Position numbers and translations under genes: made by a program
Assembly (NCBI GenBank): GCA_020137815.1
Contig: CM035354.1
Span: 1,674,001-1,738,000, forward strand
Source of the DNA: Hormiphora californensis
Lineage: Eukaryota; Animalia; Ctenophora
Length of the DNA: 64,000 nt
Reading direction: 5' to 3'
The notes under the pieces: generated by a model
Seen by the model: only the letters and a program-made list of their open reading frames with translations
Databases searched by the model: none
What the model was told of the DNA's origin: nothing
Part shown: piece by piece, positions 44,646 through 57,696 of the stretch
Layout of the letters: each line of letters begins with the position of its first letter
Numbering within the stretch: position 1 is the stretch's first letter

Positions 44646-46034
44646 CAGGAAGCGACCGAATATTCGGTTCGGTTCGGTTCGGTTCGGAAATTCGGTGTTT
44701 TTTGGGCGGTTCGGTTCGGTTCGGTTCGGTAGGAAATTTTGGCCGAACCACCGAATTTTTTGGTCAAAAATGCCCAGAAATCGGGCTTTTTCATGCAAAA
44801 TTTTTCAATTATTTCACGAAAATTGTATGGATTTCAATGTCAATTTCGCCGTATTAACCCTATTTCGAATCGGTGGTGCTATGTGGAAATGATTTCGCTA
44901 GTTAGCGGGTTCGATATGGATTAATTTGATACCTGACTTCCCGTCGAATCGTGTCCTCATGAGAGGGTCATTGGTCAACAAATTCAGAAACATTTTTTTT
45001 TTCCAAAAAATTCATGGAGAGCACCGATCAAGGTGTTAAGAATCATTCTCTGAAATTTTGTAAAAAAGTTTGGAAAATATTTCAAAGTCAATTTTATGGA
45101 AAATTTTCTATGTCAATTTTTGCGTACGAATCGTGTTTCTAATCGACAATGCTAAACGGGAGTGATGTTGCTAATTAGTGGGTCCGAGATGGATTATGCT
45201 GATACGTGATCCCCCATCAAATCTAATTAGGAAGTTTAGGGGAAACGATTCATGTTTCAATAAATCTTGCTATTAGCGAGAGCACTGCCGCATAGCATCA
45301 CCGATTCGCAACACGATTCGTACGGCAAAATTGACATAGATTTTTTCCCGAAATTGACTTTGAAACATTTTACAAAGTTTTTTCACAAAATTAAATGTTT
45401 GTCTAAAAATTCATGGAGAGCATCGATCAAGGTATTGAGAATCATTACCTGAAATTTTGTGAAATTTTTTTGTGAAAAATATTTAAGTAAATTATGATAT
45501 ACGAATCGTGTTTCTAATCGACAATGCTAAACGGTAGTGATGTTGGTAATTAGTGGGTCCGAAATTGGATTGTGCTGATACTGGATCCCCCATCAAATCT
45601 AATTAGGGAAATTTAGAGAGGACACGATTCATGGTTCGTTTAATCCTGCTAATTAGCAATACCATTCCCGTATAGCATTGCCGATTCGAAACACGATTCG
45701 TACGCAAAAACTGACATAGAAAAATTACGATAAAATTGACTTTGAAATTTTTTCACAAAATTGACTTTGAAATTTTTTTCACAAAATTGACTTTGAAATT
45801 TTTTCAAACATGTTTTAACAAAATTTCAGAGAATGATTCTCAATACCCTTTATCGTGCTCTCATGACTTTTTTGAGAAACATTTTTACAGAAAAAAATTT
45901 TGTATGGGTTTGGTTCGGTTTTGGGTTACCGAAATTCGGGTTTGGTTTGGTTCGGTTTGGTTCGGGAAAAATTTTTTTTCAAATTCGTTCGTTGGTTTGG
46001 GGAAAAAAAACCCCCCGGTTTTGGTCGTTTCCTC
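44646..46034. mobile_element. Probable non-autonomous TIR (hAT-like) element with subterminal (TTCGG)n and internal repeats
   Basis: Left end CAGGAAGCGACCGAA and degenerate right end TTGGTCGTTTCCTC. TTCGG/TTTGG tandems lie at both ends, and an internal block at about 45125-45330 is repeated at about 45500-45710. Confidence 0.5.
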
Positions 46035-47217
46035 ACCAAATTTAGAGTGTTTTGACTGGGTTTTTTCCCCATTCTCAGTTTTTGTTTTTATTGTTTTTCT
46101 CTCTTTTTGTGTGTAACTTTTTAAAAAAACAACTAAAGCAGGGTATTAAAACCCCTAAAACCCGACCAATGGCAAAGTTTATTGGTTTTTAAAAAAAAAC
46201 CCCCCCCCCGCCTCTCCCCCGCTCCGCCTGGGGTCGTCGTCGTGATTTAAACCATTTATCCCCACTGGGGATAAACTACGCTACCCTTTTCCCCGGGGGC
46301 GCTGGGGGGGAAAGGGATCTAAATAACGGCCAGTGGCCGATTTTTGCCTCATATAACCCACCATATACCGAGCCAAATTCTAATCACAACTACTCGGGCC
46401 AAAACAAATTAAAAATTTTACATCCCAAAGGGGGTTTTCGCATTGCGCAAAAAAATAAAATTTCTGAAATCTCTTGCGGCTAGCGACCCTCTGATCTAAC
46501 TGGGCCGACATTTGTTTGTTTGAGAATCAAAAAAGAGGTTTAGGAACCTCCCCAGGTCTCTTAGGTGTAGGTACCCCAAACATGGGTTAATACAAGTGGG
46601 GGAAAGAAAAAAGGGAGGGAGAGAGAAAAGGGTGAGAGATGAGGAGAAGTTAGAGATTGAGAGAGAGAGGGAGGGGGTTGGTGGGGTGGGGGAAAAAAGG
46701 GTGGGGGAGGAGAGGGGGGGGAGGGGAGGAGGGAGAGAGGGAGGGGGATGAGGGGAGTGGGGGGGGAGAGGGAAAGGAGGGGAAGGGGGAAAAGGAGAGA
46801 GAGAGGAGGGGGGGGGGGGGGGGGGGGGAGGAGAGATCATAATGGACGGGGAGGATGTTTGTTTAGTTGAGATACAGCACGTTAATGGGATACCCCCGGA
46901 AAAACCACTGATCTAGGCACTACTACTCCCATACTCCACACTCCCCACAGAACGCAAAAACCAGGGCAAATTTATTGGTTATGTGGACTGTACATTATAA
47001 TATGAGAGGATCACTCACTGCACAATATCAGCTAATTATTGGTTATGTGGTCGCAAAGAAAACTAAATGCATAACTTCTCTCTGCAGCAGTAGATGGACT
47101 TGATTAAACCCCTTTCTTCTTTTTTACAGGCGCTGGCTAGTACTTAGATTTACCATATTACTATGCTGGAAACAAAAAGTGATTACCACTATTCGAAATG
47201 AACAACAAACTATTCAA

Positions 47218-48275
47218 ATCACTGCGCTGGCAAGCGCAAGGTTGCCATCCCCCCCCCCCCCAACAAAAGGGCCCCCAAACCCCATTATACGTTTTATGGG
47301 TTTTGGCTAAAAACCCCGATTTCAGAAAGGGTTACGTGGCTTCCCTTTTTCCCCCTTTGCTTTAAATTTGGAATGTTACCCGGCTTGGGGGCTTTGACTC
47401 AAGTTTAAAATTTCAAGTCTCTATCCCCTCTAGAACCGAGTCGATAGGTCCCCTTTGCCATAAATTTTGTGTAACCCTTCGCGCCCGCGGTACGCGGTAG
47501 GGGAAGTTTTTTGAAAACCCTATTTACGCCAAACGAAAAAAGATAGAAACTTCTAATTTTCACACTGGTAATCTACTGGATTGGTGTGCATTGTCGATGT
47601 GGGTCTCTTTTATCGCCAGGAACGTCCCAAACGTCTTAAAGTCGTCTTTTTTTTCAGACCCCAAAAATTCTTTGAGCTAAAATTTAAAACACCCTAAGAG
47701 GGGATTCTAATCGAAAATCGAAACCATATATGGAAAAGAAATTGTCTAACTTTCAGAAACTATATAGCGAATTCCAAAAAAAAAACTACTTTAAAAAGGG
47801 CTTAAACCGTCTGAAGTGTTATGACTTTTTTAAAAATAGATATCGTAGGGTTTTTTTTTTTTTCGCCTAGGGGGGACTCAAATCTTTAAAAATCATCTCA
47901 AACTTGGTCAGTATCTTCTCTATAATCCCATTATTATCAAAATTTTAATGACGTAAAACGTCTTTTCGTCATTTTATACTCAAAATGAGTCAAAAATGAA
48001 ATTTTCTCTTTTCCCCCGATTCCCTCCTCTCCGACCTGTTCTTACTACATCTAAATGGTAAAAACCCAAAAGTGCAAAATTTCCCAAAATAATTAAAAAT
48101 TTGTAGCCGGAAAAAGGTGCCCATGATTTGAGCTACCCCTTTGGGACCGGACCTTCCCTTTTGAAGATAGACATTCTCTGTCCCTGTCTGTACACCGTAA
48201 TGTTACGGTGGCAAGGTAGTCAAATCATAGGGGCAACCTTTCCGGCTCAATTTTTTAAATTTTTTGGTATAATTA
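47218..48275. mobile_element. Second, low-accuracy copy of the 39516-40608 repeat
   Basis: Colinear similarity, with differences concentrated in homopolymer runs. Confidence 0.7.
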
Positions 48276-48443
48276 CTCCCAAACCTCTCACAATGTTAAC
48301 GTGATCTACTATAACTGCACTACTGTAGTGGTAAATACTGCAAGCTCAACATAAATCACCAACCAATTACTCCCTCTCACAATGGAGCTGCATCAAAAAA
48401 CCAACAACATAATATTGGGAGGTGGGGCCGCACATCAAAATGA

Positions 48444-48555
<112 letters not shown>

Positions 48556-49894
48556 AGAATAGAGAGAGAAAGATCTAGAAGTAGAATCTAGCTAGATAGA
48601 TCTTTCTCTTTACTTAGAATCTATAGATAGTACTGAAGGTGTTGTTTTTCTCGGAGGGGGGAGCCTGGAGTACAGCTGTAGTATAGGGGACCGAGTACAG
48701 CTCTAGCTAAGAGGGGGGGCTGGACTTGGAGTACAGCTGTAGTATAGGGGGAGGAGTACAGCTCTAGCTTTGTCCAAGCTGTGTCCATGTAGAACAAACA
48801 GGAAGCTGGGAGGAAGGTGTGTCACAGTGGGGGAGATATGAGGTGGTAGACATGTGTAATAAGCTAACAAGCTGCAGAATGCCAACAGGCTGGTATTCTG
48901 TCACTGGTTAGGAGATAGAGAGGAGGGGGGTAATTATCGGCTGAGACAAATGGGAAATACATGTCTTTACTTTAGGCGCCTGCGTCTTTACTTTATATGG
49001 AATTGGAAATATTGAAAGGTAGAGCTATTAACTCAAATGGAAATGTTGAAAGGTAGAGCTATTTTCAACATTTAGTAACTCAAAAGGAAGACCATCTAGA
49101 ATGCATCTCATCACGAACCACACTACGCAACAGGATTAGGAGTAGGATAATTAGGTCAGCTTGCTGCAGCACTATATATCGACTGTGTATCCTATCTTAC
49201 TGCATCTGCACTATTGATGTATCCTAACTCTATCTTGCTATAACAGCTGCACTATATATCGACTCAATACCGGTGGCTCGCTGTTATAGGAGGGCCAGGG
49301 ACGGTAACGAAAATAATTAGTGCTCGGTATCTGTTACTGTGTGATGCTGTATCTGTGTATATCTGATGCTAACGTCATATTGTTCGAGTGTTTCCTAATT
49401 AGATAGCACCCCCTCTCTTTGACTCTCTCTCTCTCTCTGTCATACAGCTGTATATCTGATCACAAATCTATCAGTGGCAGTGCAGCAGGGGGGGGAGGCA
49501 GCTGTTGAATGATGAATGAAACGCAAACTCAATTTTTCTCAAACAATGTGAGATCAAAGTCGAAGAAGAAGAAGAAAAACAGTTATGACGCAGTTGGGAG
49601 CTTTTAGTTTGACCAAAGACCTTCCTATTATCATGGCTCTCCTCTCTCTATCCTCCACCCTCTCTTTTTTCTCTCACCCTCTCTCTCCTCTCCTCTCTCT
49701 CCTCCCCACGCAGTGGGGGGGGGTTAAAAAATTTATGTCGCTCATGCACACTTTTAAGAAAACTAAGATGGGAAAAAACACATGAGGAAGATAGGGATTG
49801 ATTAAAAAAAATAAAAGGGGAAAGGGGGGTTTTTTTTTTAAATTTTAAAAGGGGGAAATTGGGCCCCCCAAAGCAACAAATTTTTTTTTCTAAA

Positions 49895-49994
49895 NNNNNN
49901 NNNNNNNNNNNNNNNNNNNNNNNNNNNNNNNNNNNNNNNNNNNNNNNNNNNNNNNNNNNNNNNNNNNNNNNNNNNNNNNNNNNNNNNNNNNNNN
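49895..49994. other. Assembly gap (100 N)
   Basis: Run of exactly 100 n characters. Confidence 0.99.
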
Positions 49995-50919
49995 GATTTA
50001 AACCGTTTGGAATGGTGACAAGCTGCTGCACAGTACACCACAATGTATTATCTCTAGTAAGCTACAACAAGTCTTTTAGCATAAATGTGATAATAGCAAG
50101 AGATTAGGAAAGTGAGACAATATTATGTTTCATGACAATTTGATAAGTTATATAATATGACCTGTATATATTACAGCTCATTATTGTTATATTTGAATAA
50201 GAAATAGTAGCTGGATGTTCATCGTGTCACTGAAGAGTTATATAGAGAGAAAAGGAGGGAAAGAACTCAGGTAGACAGATAAAAAGCTGTATCAGCTGGC
50301 AAATGTGAACGCATTTTCCAGCTCTGTTGAGTACCAACAAGTTCTGTGAATATTTGACAAATGTTCAATTAAAACCAGACTCATGGCATCCAGCAGTAGC
50401 TTAGCACAAGTGGTACGCAATACTATCTAAGTGAAACATTTCAAGACTGCCACGAGAATAGGAAACACTTTAAAGGAAATATGCGGATGTCAAAGCAGCG
50501 TGAGAAGCCTAAAATAGTAGTTCTGATTAAAAACCTAGTACACATGGCACACAGGGCTAGCGTATTATTCATCATGAGCCTATTAAACCTGCTAGGTTTG
50601 GCAGACACCCAGTACAATCAATAAAGCACATAATTTCAGCACTTGATCTAGGTCTAGGAAGGTTGCCCGAGCCGATGTCATGATAATATCGCGAGTATAC
50701 TCTATTCTAGTATGACCCAGAAATGATAATAATCAATCTGTTGTTATCCTGGACTACTCGTAGATATCTTACTCCTGATAATATCGTACGCCGTTATAAT
50801 TCTTACTCCTGTATAAGTCGGATCCCGAGATTAGTTAGTCGGTAACTCCATAAGAGAGACGTCCGTATAGAGTCGGTACTTTCCGGGTTAATATGCTACG
50901 CCGGTTAAAAGCGTACTCC

Positions 50920-51114
50920 TGAAATATATTCTTACTCCTTTATAATATCTTACTCCTTTATAATATCTTACTCCTTTATAATATTTACTCCTTTATAATA
51001 TCTTACTCCTTTATAATATCTTACTCCTTTATAATATCTTACTCCTTTATAATATCTTACTCCTTTATAATATCATACTCCTTTATAATATTTTACTCCT
51101 TTCTAATATCTTAC
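50920..51114 (-). repeat. Donor-containing 18-bp minisatellite (about 10 copies)
   Basis: Minus-strand unit taaagga|gtaagatatta repeats the real donor aacg|gtaagatatta of exon 51233-51115. Confidence 0.85.
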
Positions 51115-54100
51115 CGTTGCAGGAAGAGTTGGAACTTTCGATGCTCTCCGATAGAGCAAATGATAAGTTGGTGATGGTGAGACGTTCTCGTACTGGTTCG
51201 TCTATCGAGTGCTGATCCAGACCGTGCTTCTGTCTGCAGAGGAGGGGGGGTCAGTAATTACTAGGACACAGGTGATTCGATAACAGTGATTTATTAGACA
51301 CAAGGCACACAGTTGATAGTAGTCATCCAAAACATATCCAGTAGATAGAACAGTATTGGACACACAAACAACAAGTATAACAACAAGAATAAGAGCTTAT
51401 CCCAATGACTGGACCCAGTGCAGTCACTCTATTCGAGCTGTGCGTTATAACAATAACCCCAAACTTGTCCTAACCCTCGATTCGTCGAGCAACCTCAAGT
51501 TGTAACAAGTATCCGTGAGAGCAAGCTAAAATTCATTATATAGAACAAACTATTATATGGGGACATTACATCAGCTCTATCTGGTGCTGAAGGAGGATAT
51601 TTTAGCATGTTGCTATTAGAAATCATTATGCTGCCATATATTATGGATTTTAGAAACGTAATACCCAAGGAAGCTTTTAGGATAGTTTGAATTGTAATAA
51701 ATGCTACACAGAAACAACGTAAGAAACTGCTTGAAACAGTGTCATCAACCCAAGTCTGGTTGGGTTCTTCAAACATACAGTGTCATCAACCCAAGTCTGG
51801 TTGAGTTCTTCATGTACACAATCGACCTGTGTGACATGTTACACCCATTTGCATTGGTCCTGATCAGTCTTGTGTGGATCTCATTTCACGCTCTGTGAGT
51901 GTTCGGTAGATCAACATCTCTCATCCTTACCTAGCACATGCCCTTAATGCGTTGTGTAGTTTCGTCCCCAGCCCATTCCGTGCCGTTACGACCATGATAA
52001 TGTAGGATGTCAGGTCTGTGCTCAACAATACGTTACTACCATGAGACCACTGGTTCAACAAGGCACCATACCACTACTATCAAATGGAAACATAATAATG
52101 TAGACTGTGAAGAGAGAGAGAGAGAGCTAGACTAGTGAAGGGAGAGAGAGAGTGTGATGGGAGGGAGATATAGTGAGATCATAGAGTGAGATAGAGAGAA
52201 AGATATTGAGAGAGAGAGAAAGAAACAAAGTTGACCGAAAGACCGGGAAAAACTGTCAACAAGATGTAAACTGCCCTATCTTAGTCTCTCTTCTAATTGT
52301 ATTACATGACTCATAATATGAGTCTCATATCATGCTTTTTCTTTTTAATCAATCCTTAACTCACTTTGAACTATTATTTCTCTTACTGCTGCACTGCCTT
52401 GAGAGAGTCCTTAATGCAAACTCAATTAACGTTTGATTACTGATAGCTACCACTCTGCGGTTCTAGGGACATCTTCAAAGTAAAAAGTTTCTATATCCTC
52501 AGACAGAATATTATCATTGATATTATGCAGCGAACATTAATAATCAACCGATCCTTTATAATTCTCGAGAATATCGGTATAATACTTTTATTGGGTAACC
52601 CCCTTACTCGTTATAAGTTTATTTAGAATTACGAAACAAGAAACAAGGGGCAACTAACAAGTGTATTACACGTCAACTAACACGAGATAAAGGAGACATG
52701 GAATAAGCTCACAAAACTTTATATGTAAAATTTAGTAACAGTCTGCATCTGTAAGTTGCGGATAATATATTATGATCCTGAACCTAATGAACCTATGAGC
52801 GGGGCACGTCAAAGGTAACATTATTCGACACGATATTAGTGCCATTGACAGTTTACAGTGTGACGAAGGGAATGTGAAACAAGGATTGTGCAAATAGGAG
52901 TCAGTAAATTATAGATTTTCTTTGATGATTGTAAAAAGCATAAGTGAATCTGCAATGAAAATATAACATGTATAACATGTATATAACATTTCAGCTCTTG
53001 AACTAGTAGCTCTTGAGCTCCTAAAGTTACTAAAGTTACGAGCTCTTGAGCTACTAGACTCTTAAAGTTGCGATGAATTATTCAAAACAGTTTCACTGCA
53101 CAAAGAGGATCGAACTTTAAATAAATTATATCAATAACGCATCTAACACACCAAGGTACTTTCACCTCGTCAGGTTGAGTCAAGTGCAGTACACATTGTG
53201 CAATGCACATTAAAATAAATATAAAAACGCATTATATACAAAACAGGGGCGGGGTACATAGTTTTTAATGTGAGCAAAGTATCGAAACAACTCTGTTTAC
53301 ACAGTATTAATTACAGGGCGGGTACAGTACAACGAAGTTATTATAGATCTACCTGTCTTTGAAGGTGAAAAACCCCGCATAGCTGTGTCGTAAAGATCTT
53401 CTAGACGGAACCTGTGGGAGAGAAGATATAAGTAGATATGTATTTTCAACCTGAGGTTTTAGGGCTAACTAGCCGTGACCTGGACTTGAGGGTTCAGGAC
53501 TGACTAGCCGTGACCTGGACTTGAGGTTTCAGGGCTGACTAGCCGTGACCTGGACTTGAGGGTTCAGGACTGACTAGCCGTGACCTGGACTTGAGGGTTC
53601 AGGACTGACTAGCCGTGACCTGGACTTGAGGGTTCAGGACTGACTAGCCGTGACCTGGACTTGAGGTTCAGGGCCGACTAGCCGTGACCTGGACTTGAGG
53701 GTTCAGGACTGACTAGCCGTGACCTGGACTTGAGGGTTCAGGACTGACTAGCCGTGACCTGGACTTGAGGTTCAGGACTGACTAGCCGTGACCTGGACTT
53801 GGGGTTCAGGGCCGACTAGCCGTGACCTGGACTTGAGGGTTCAGGACTGACTAGCCGTGACCTGGACTTGAGGGTTCAGGACTGACTAGCCGTGACCTGG
53901 ACTTGAGGGTTCAGGACTGACTAGCCGTGACCTGGACTTGAGGGTTCAGGACTGACTAGCCGTGACCTGGACTTGAGGGTTCAGGACTGACTAGCCGTGA
54001 CCTGGACTTGAGGGTTCAGGACTGACTAGCCGTGACCTGGACTTGAGGGTTCAGGACTGACTAGCCGTGACCTGGACTTGAGGGTTCAGGACTAACTAGC

Positions 54101-55202
54101 CGTGACCTGGACTTGATGGTTCAGGACTGACTAGCCGTGACCTGGACTTGAGGGTTCAGGACTGACTAGCCGTGACCTGGACTTGAGGGTTCAGGACTGA
54201 CTAGCCGTGACCTGGACTTGAGGGTTCAGGACTGACTAGCCGTGACCTGGACTTGAGGGTTCAGGACTGACTAGCCGTGACCTGGACTTGAGGGTTCAGG
54301 ACTGACTAGCCGTGACCTGGACTTGAGGGTTCAGGGCTGACTAGCCGTGACCTGGACTTGAGGGTTCAGGACTGACTAGCCGTGACCTGGACTTGAGGGT
54401 TCAGGGCCGACTAGCCGTGACCTGGACTTGAGGGTTCAGGGCTGACTAGCCGTGACCTGGACTTGAGGGTTCAGGACTGACTAGCTGTGACCTGGACTTG
54501 AGGGTTCAGGACTGACTAGCCGTGACCTGGACTTGAGGGTTCAGGGCTGACTAGCCGTGACCTGGACTTGAGGGTTCAGGACTGACTAGCCGTGACCTGG
54601 ACTTGAGGGTTCAGGACTGACTAGCCGTGACCTGGACTTGAGGGTTCAGGACTGACTAGCCGTGACCTGGACTTGAGGGTTCAGGACTGACTAGCCGTGA
54701 CCTGGACTTGAGGGTTCAGGACTGACTAGCCGTGACCTGGACTTGAGGGTTCAGGACTGACTAGCCGTGACCTGGACTTGAGGGTTCAGGACTGACTAGC
54801 CGTGACCTGGACTTGAGGGTTCAGGACTAACTAGCCGTGACCTGGACTTGAGGGTTCAGGACTAACTAGCCGTGACCTGGACTTGAGGGTTCAGGACTGA
54901 CTAGCCGTGACCTGGACTTGAGGGTTCAGGACTGACTAGCCGTGACCTGGACTTGAGGGTTCAGGGCCGACTAGCCGTGACCTGGACTTGAGGGTTCAGG
55001 ACTGACTAGCCGTGACCTGGACTTGAGGGTTCAGGACTGACTAGCCGTGACCTGGACTTGAGGGTTCAGGACTGACTAGCCGTGACCTGGACTTGAGGTT
55101 CAGGTGAAATTTCTTTTCAACAAAGTAACAGGAGTAAGTAAAATGTCACACAAAACTTACAGACTGTTTAGCACTGCAAAAGACGTCATCAGCGGTAGAC
55201 AT
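51115..55202 (-). CDS. Probable distal 5' exons (55202-55161, 53411-53353, 51233-51115) giving an alternative RhoGEF N-terminus
   Basis: MSTADDVFCSAKQS|VPSRRSLRHSYAGFFTFKDR|QKHGLDQ...SSNSSCN with clear GT-AG sites. Phases 0/2/1 chain correctly and match the phase-1 acceptor at 41556. The link crosses an assembly gap. Confidence 0.55.
53468..55103. repeat. 35-bp minisatellite (about 47 near-identical copies)
   Basis: Unit actagccgtgacctggacttgagggttcaggactg, head-to-tail with no spacers. Confidence 0.95.
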
Positions 55203-55328
55203 ACTAAATCACTTGGAGACACATGTGATAATGAGAGCTATAAACCCTAGCAATAGCTGCAGCTCACAATACACATGTACCAATCCAATATTGGGCAGTG
55301 TGCAAATAGACGAGATGTGAGTTGGGGG

Positions 55329-55573
<245 letters not shown>

Positions 55574-57696
55574 TCAATTAGGTATTATACGTAAAGTCCT
55601 ATTATACAATTGTATGTGCTAAATGCTGATGCAATTCACAAATGAACGCGAATGGACAGGAAATAAAAAGACTGGAAGAAACCACCACAATTAGAATTTA
55701 AAAATACTGATTACTACAGGTGCAGGCTATCTCACAGGAATTAGAGCACGGCAAGCAAGATTCGTACACGAACAAAAATAGCGATATAAAACTATTCCAC
55801 CATTATCTGTAAAAATGATATTTTCCATTTATATCACCCTTAATAAAATAATAAAGAATGTGTTAGTAAAACACAAGGATTGTTTCTATCCTGTTTGATA
55901 AATAATAAATATTGATCCAGCAGGAATTCTTCCAACATAACAAAAATATCTCAGTGATGGGTGGGTCGATTTTGAGCGGCAAAAACGCAAAATGCTCAGA
56001 AAGCTAATCTCTACTACCTACAACAAACTTGTCCAATTCTGATTCGGTCCACTCTCACTTTAAGGGATAAATTATTCTTTCTTAAAAATTAATTTATACG
56101 TTTCTTTTGTTGTCTCAATGTTATGACGTCAAGAACTCGAAAAAGTTGTTTCGGATGCCTCTTTCAAAGGACCAAAGGTATGTACCTAGAGAAACTGTGC
56201 TTTCCTTAGAAGAGAGAAGTGTATCATACATATTACATTAATTTTACAGGGACTTAAGTGTGCTAGTGAGAACTGAAATTCAAGGCAGTGCGGACTCCAG
56301 TACGTGACAGCATATAGTGGTCCCCCTTATGCATTTAATGCTTTTTCGCACCGTCATGCAAAGAAGAATCGTATGTTCTAACCCTTCCTTTTCATTTTTA
56401 AAAAGGGGTCGAGCTATGCAAGAAGAATTTGGTCTGAATATGAGAGTTGAAGCAGTCACCGGCCGCCCTTATATCCCCCAAAATTGTATTTTTCTGTCCA
56501 ATAAATCGAGGGTTCCTGTAAAACTAAATCGTGATCCGACTGGCATCAATATAAATTGCCTAATGGTATGTTACACACGACAGAGAAGAAGAGTTTGGTT
56601 TGGTTTGGTTTGGGCCGCTCATCTGGGACTGTAAACAGACAGAAGGAATCGTGGGTACACACGACAGAGAAGAAGGGTGTCTAAAACAGGGAATCGTGGG
56701 CACGAGTGAAACTTTTGCTATTTTACTAAAATCAGTATATATTTTATACTCACAAAGAACCAGTTTATAACTTATTGAACTTTCAAGCAATGCAGCGAGC
56801 TCATCCCAAGAATTATTCTACTACACAAAGGGGGTGCGAGCTATAACAAAACAAGCAAGACAGTATAATACACTGTAACTCACTACTGGGTGATCACACA
56901 GTCATGGTGCACTGTGAGGTCCAATCACTGCACTGATATATACCATCATCGGACCCCTATTTATCAGGATACTCGGAGATTTGCCCGGTATATTGGTGGC
57001 GCCGTCACCTCTCAGCCCGCTACACGAGCGAGTTTTAAGGGTATATATATCGGGGGAAGTTTATTCTCCCGGTAAATCGGGGTTCCGGTAAATCGAGGCC
57101 CGAATATAAAAAAGCTCACTACACTAGGTCAGAAAGAGTGGTATATCGTGTACTAATAAAATATGTGCGATGCATTGAACTGCAGCAGACGATATGAGAT
57201 ATATTCATCCTGTCATCAACTTTATCTAGATCAATCGATCTTTATTCAGGCACTCCGTAGATAGATAGAATTGATCTTTACCCCAATATATATTATCTCG
57301 GGAGCACGAGAGAGAGAACGATAGAGTGATAGAGAGGTATGGCTATATCTCTCTATCACAATCTATCTCTCTATCTCCCCCTTTCGTTTTCACTCATTCA
57401 ATCTCTCACATATATCATTATAGCACACTCATTACAACGGGCACTGAATATGTATGTAAAAAAGGGAAGACGGGCTCAAGCTTTTGCTTGAAAGAAAAGA
57501 CGAAAGAGAGAGAGAGAGAGAGAGAGAGGGAAGAGAGAGAGAAAAAAAAAATTTTTTGAATAAAAGGGGGTGGGGGGGGGGAAAGAGGGGGGGAAAAAAA
57601 AAAAAAATTGGGGCCAAATCTTCAAAAGAAAGATTTGGGAAAAATTCGGCACAAAAATTTTGTAAAAAAAAAACGGGGTTTGGGTACCGCGGCTTG

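Noticed and set aside
47218-48275. Apparent hypermutation of the second repeat copy
   Set aside because: Differences are mostly homopolymer indels near a contig end, consistent with unpolished long-read error.
53468-55103. CRISPR-like array (35-bp periodicity)
   Set aside because: Units are head-to-tail with no unique spacers, there are no cas genes, and the context is a eukaryotic intron.
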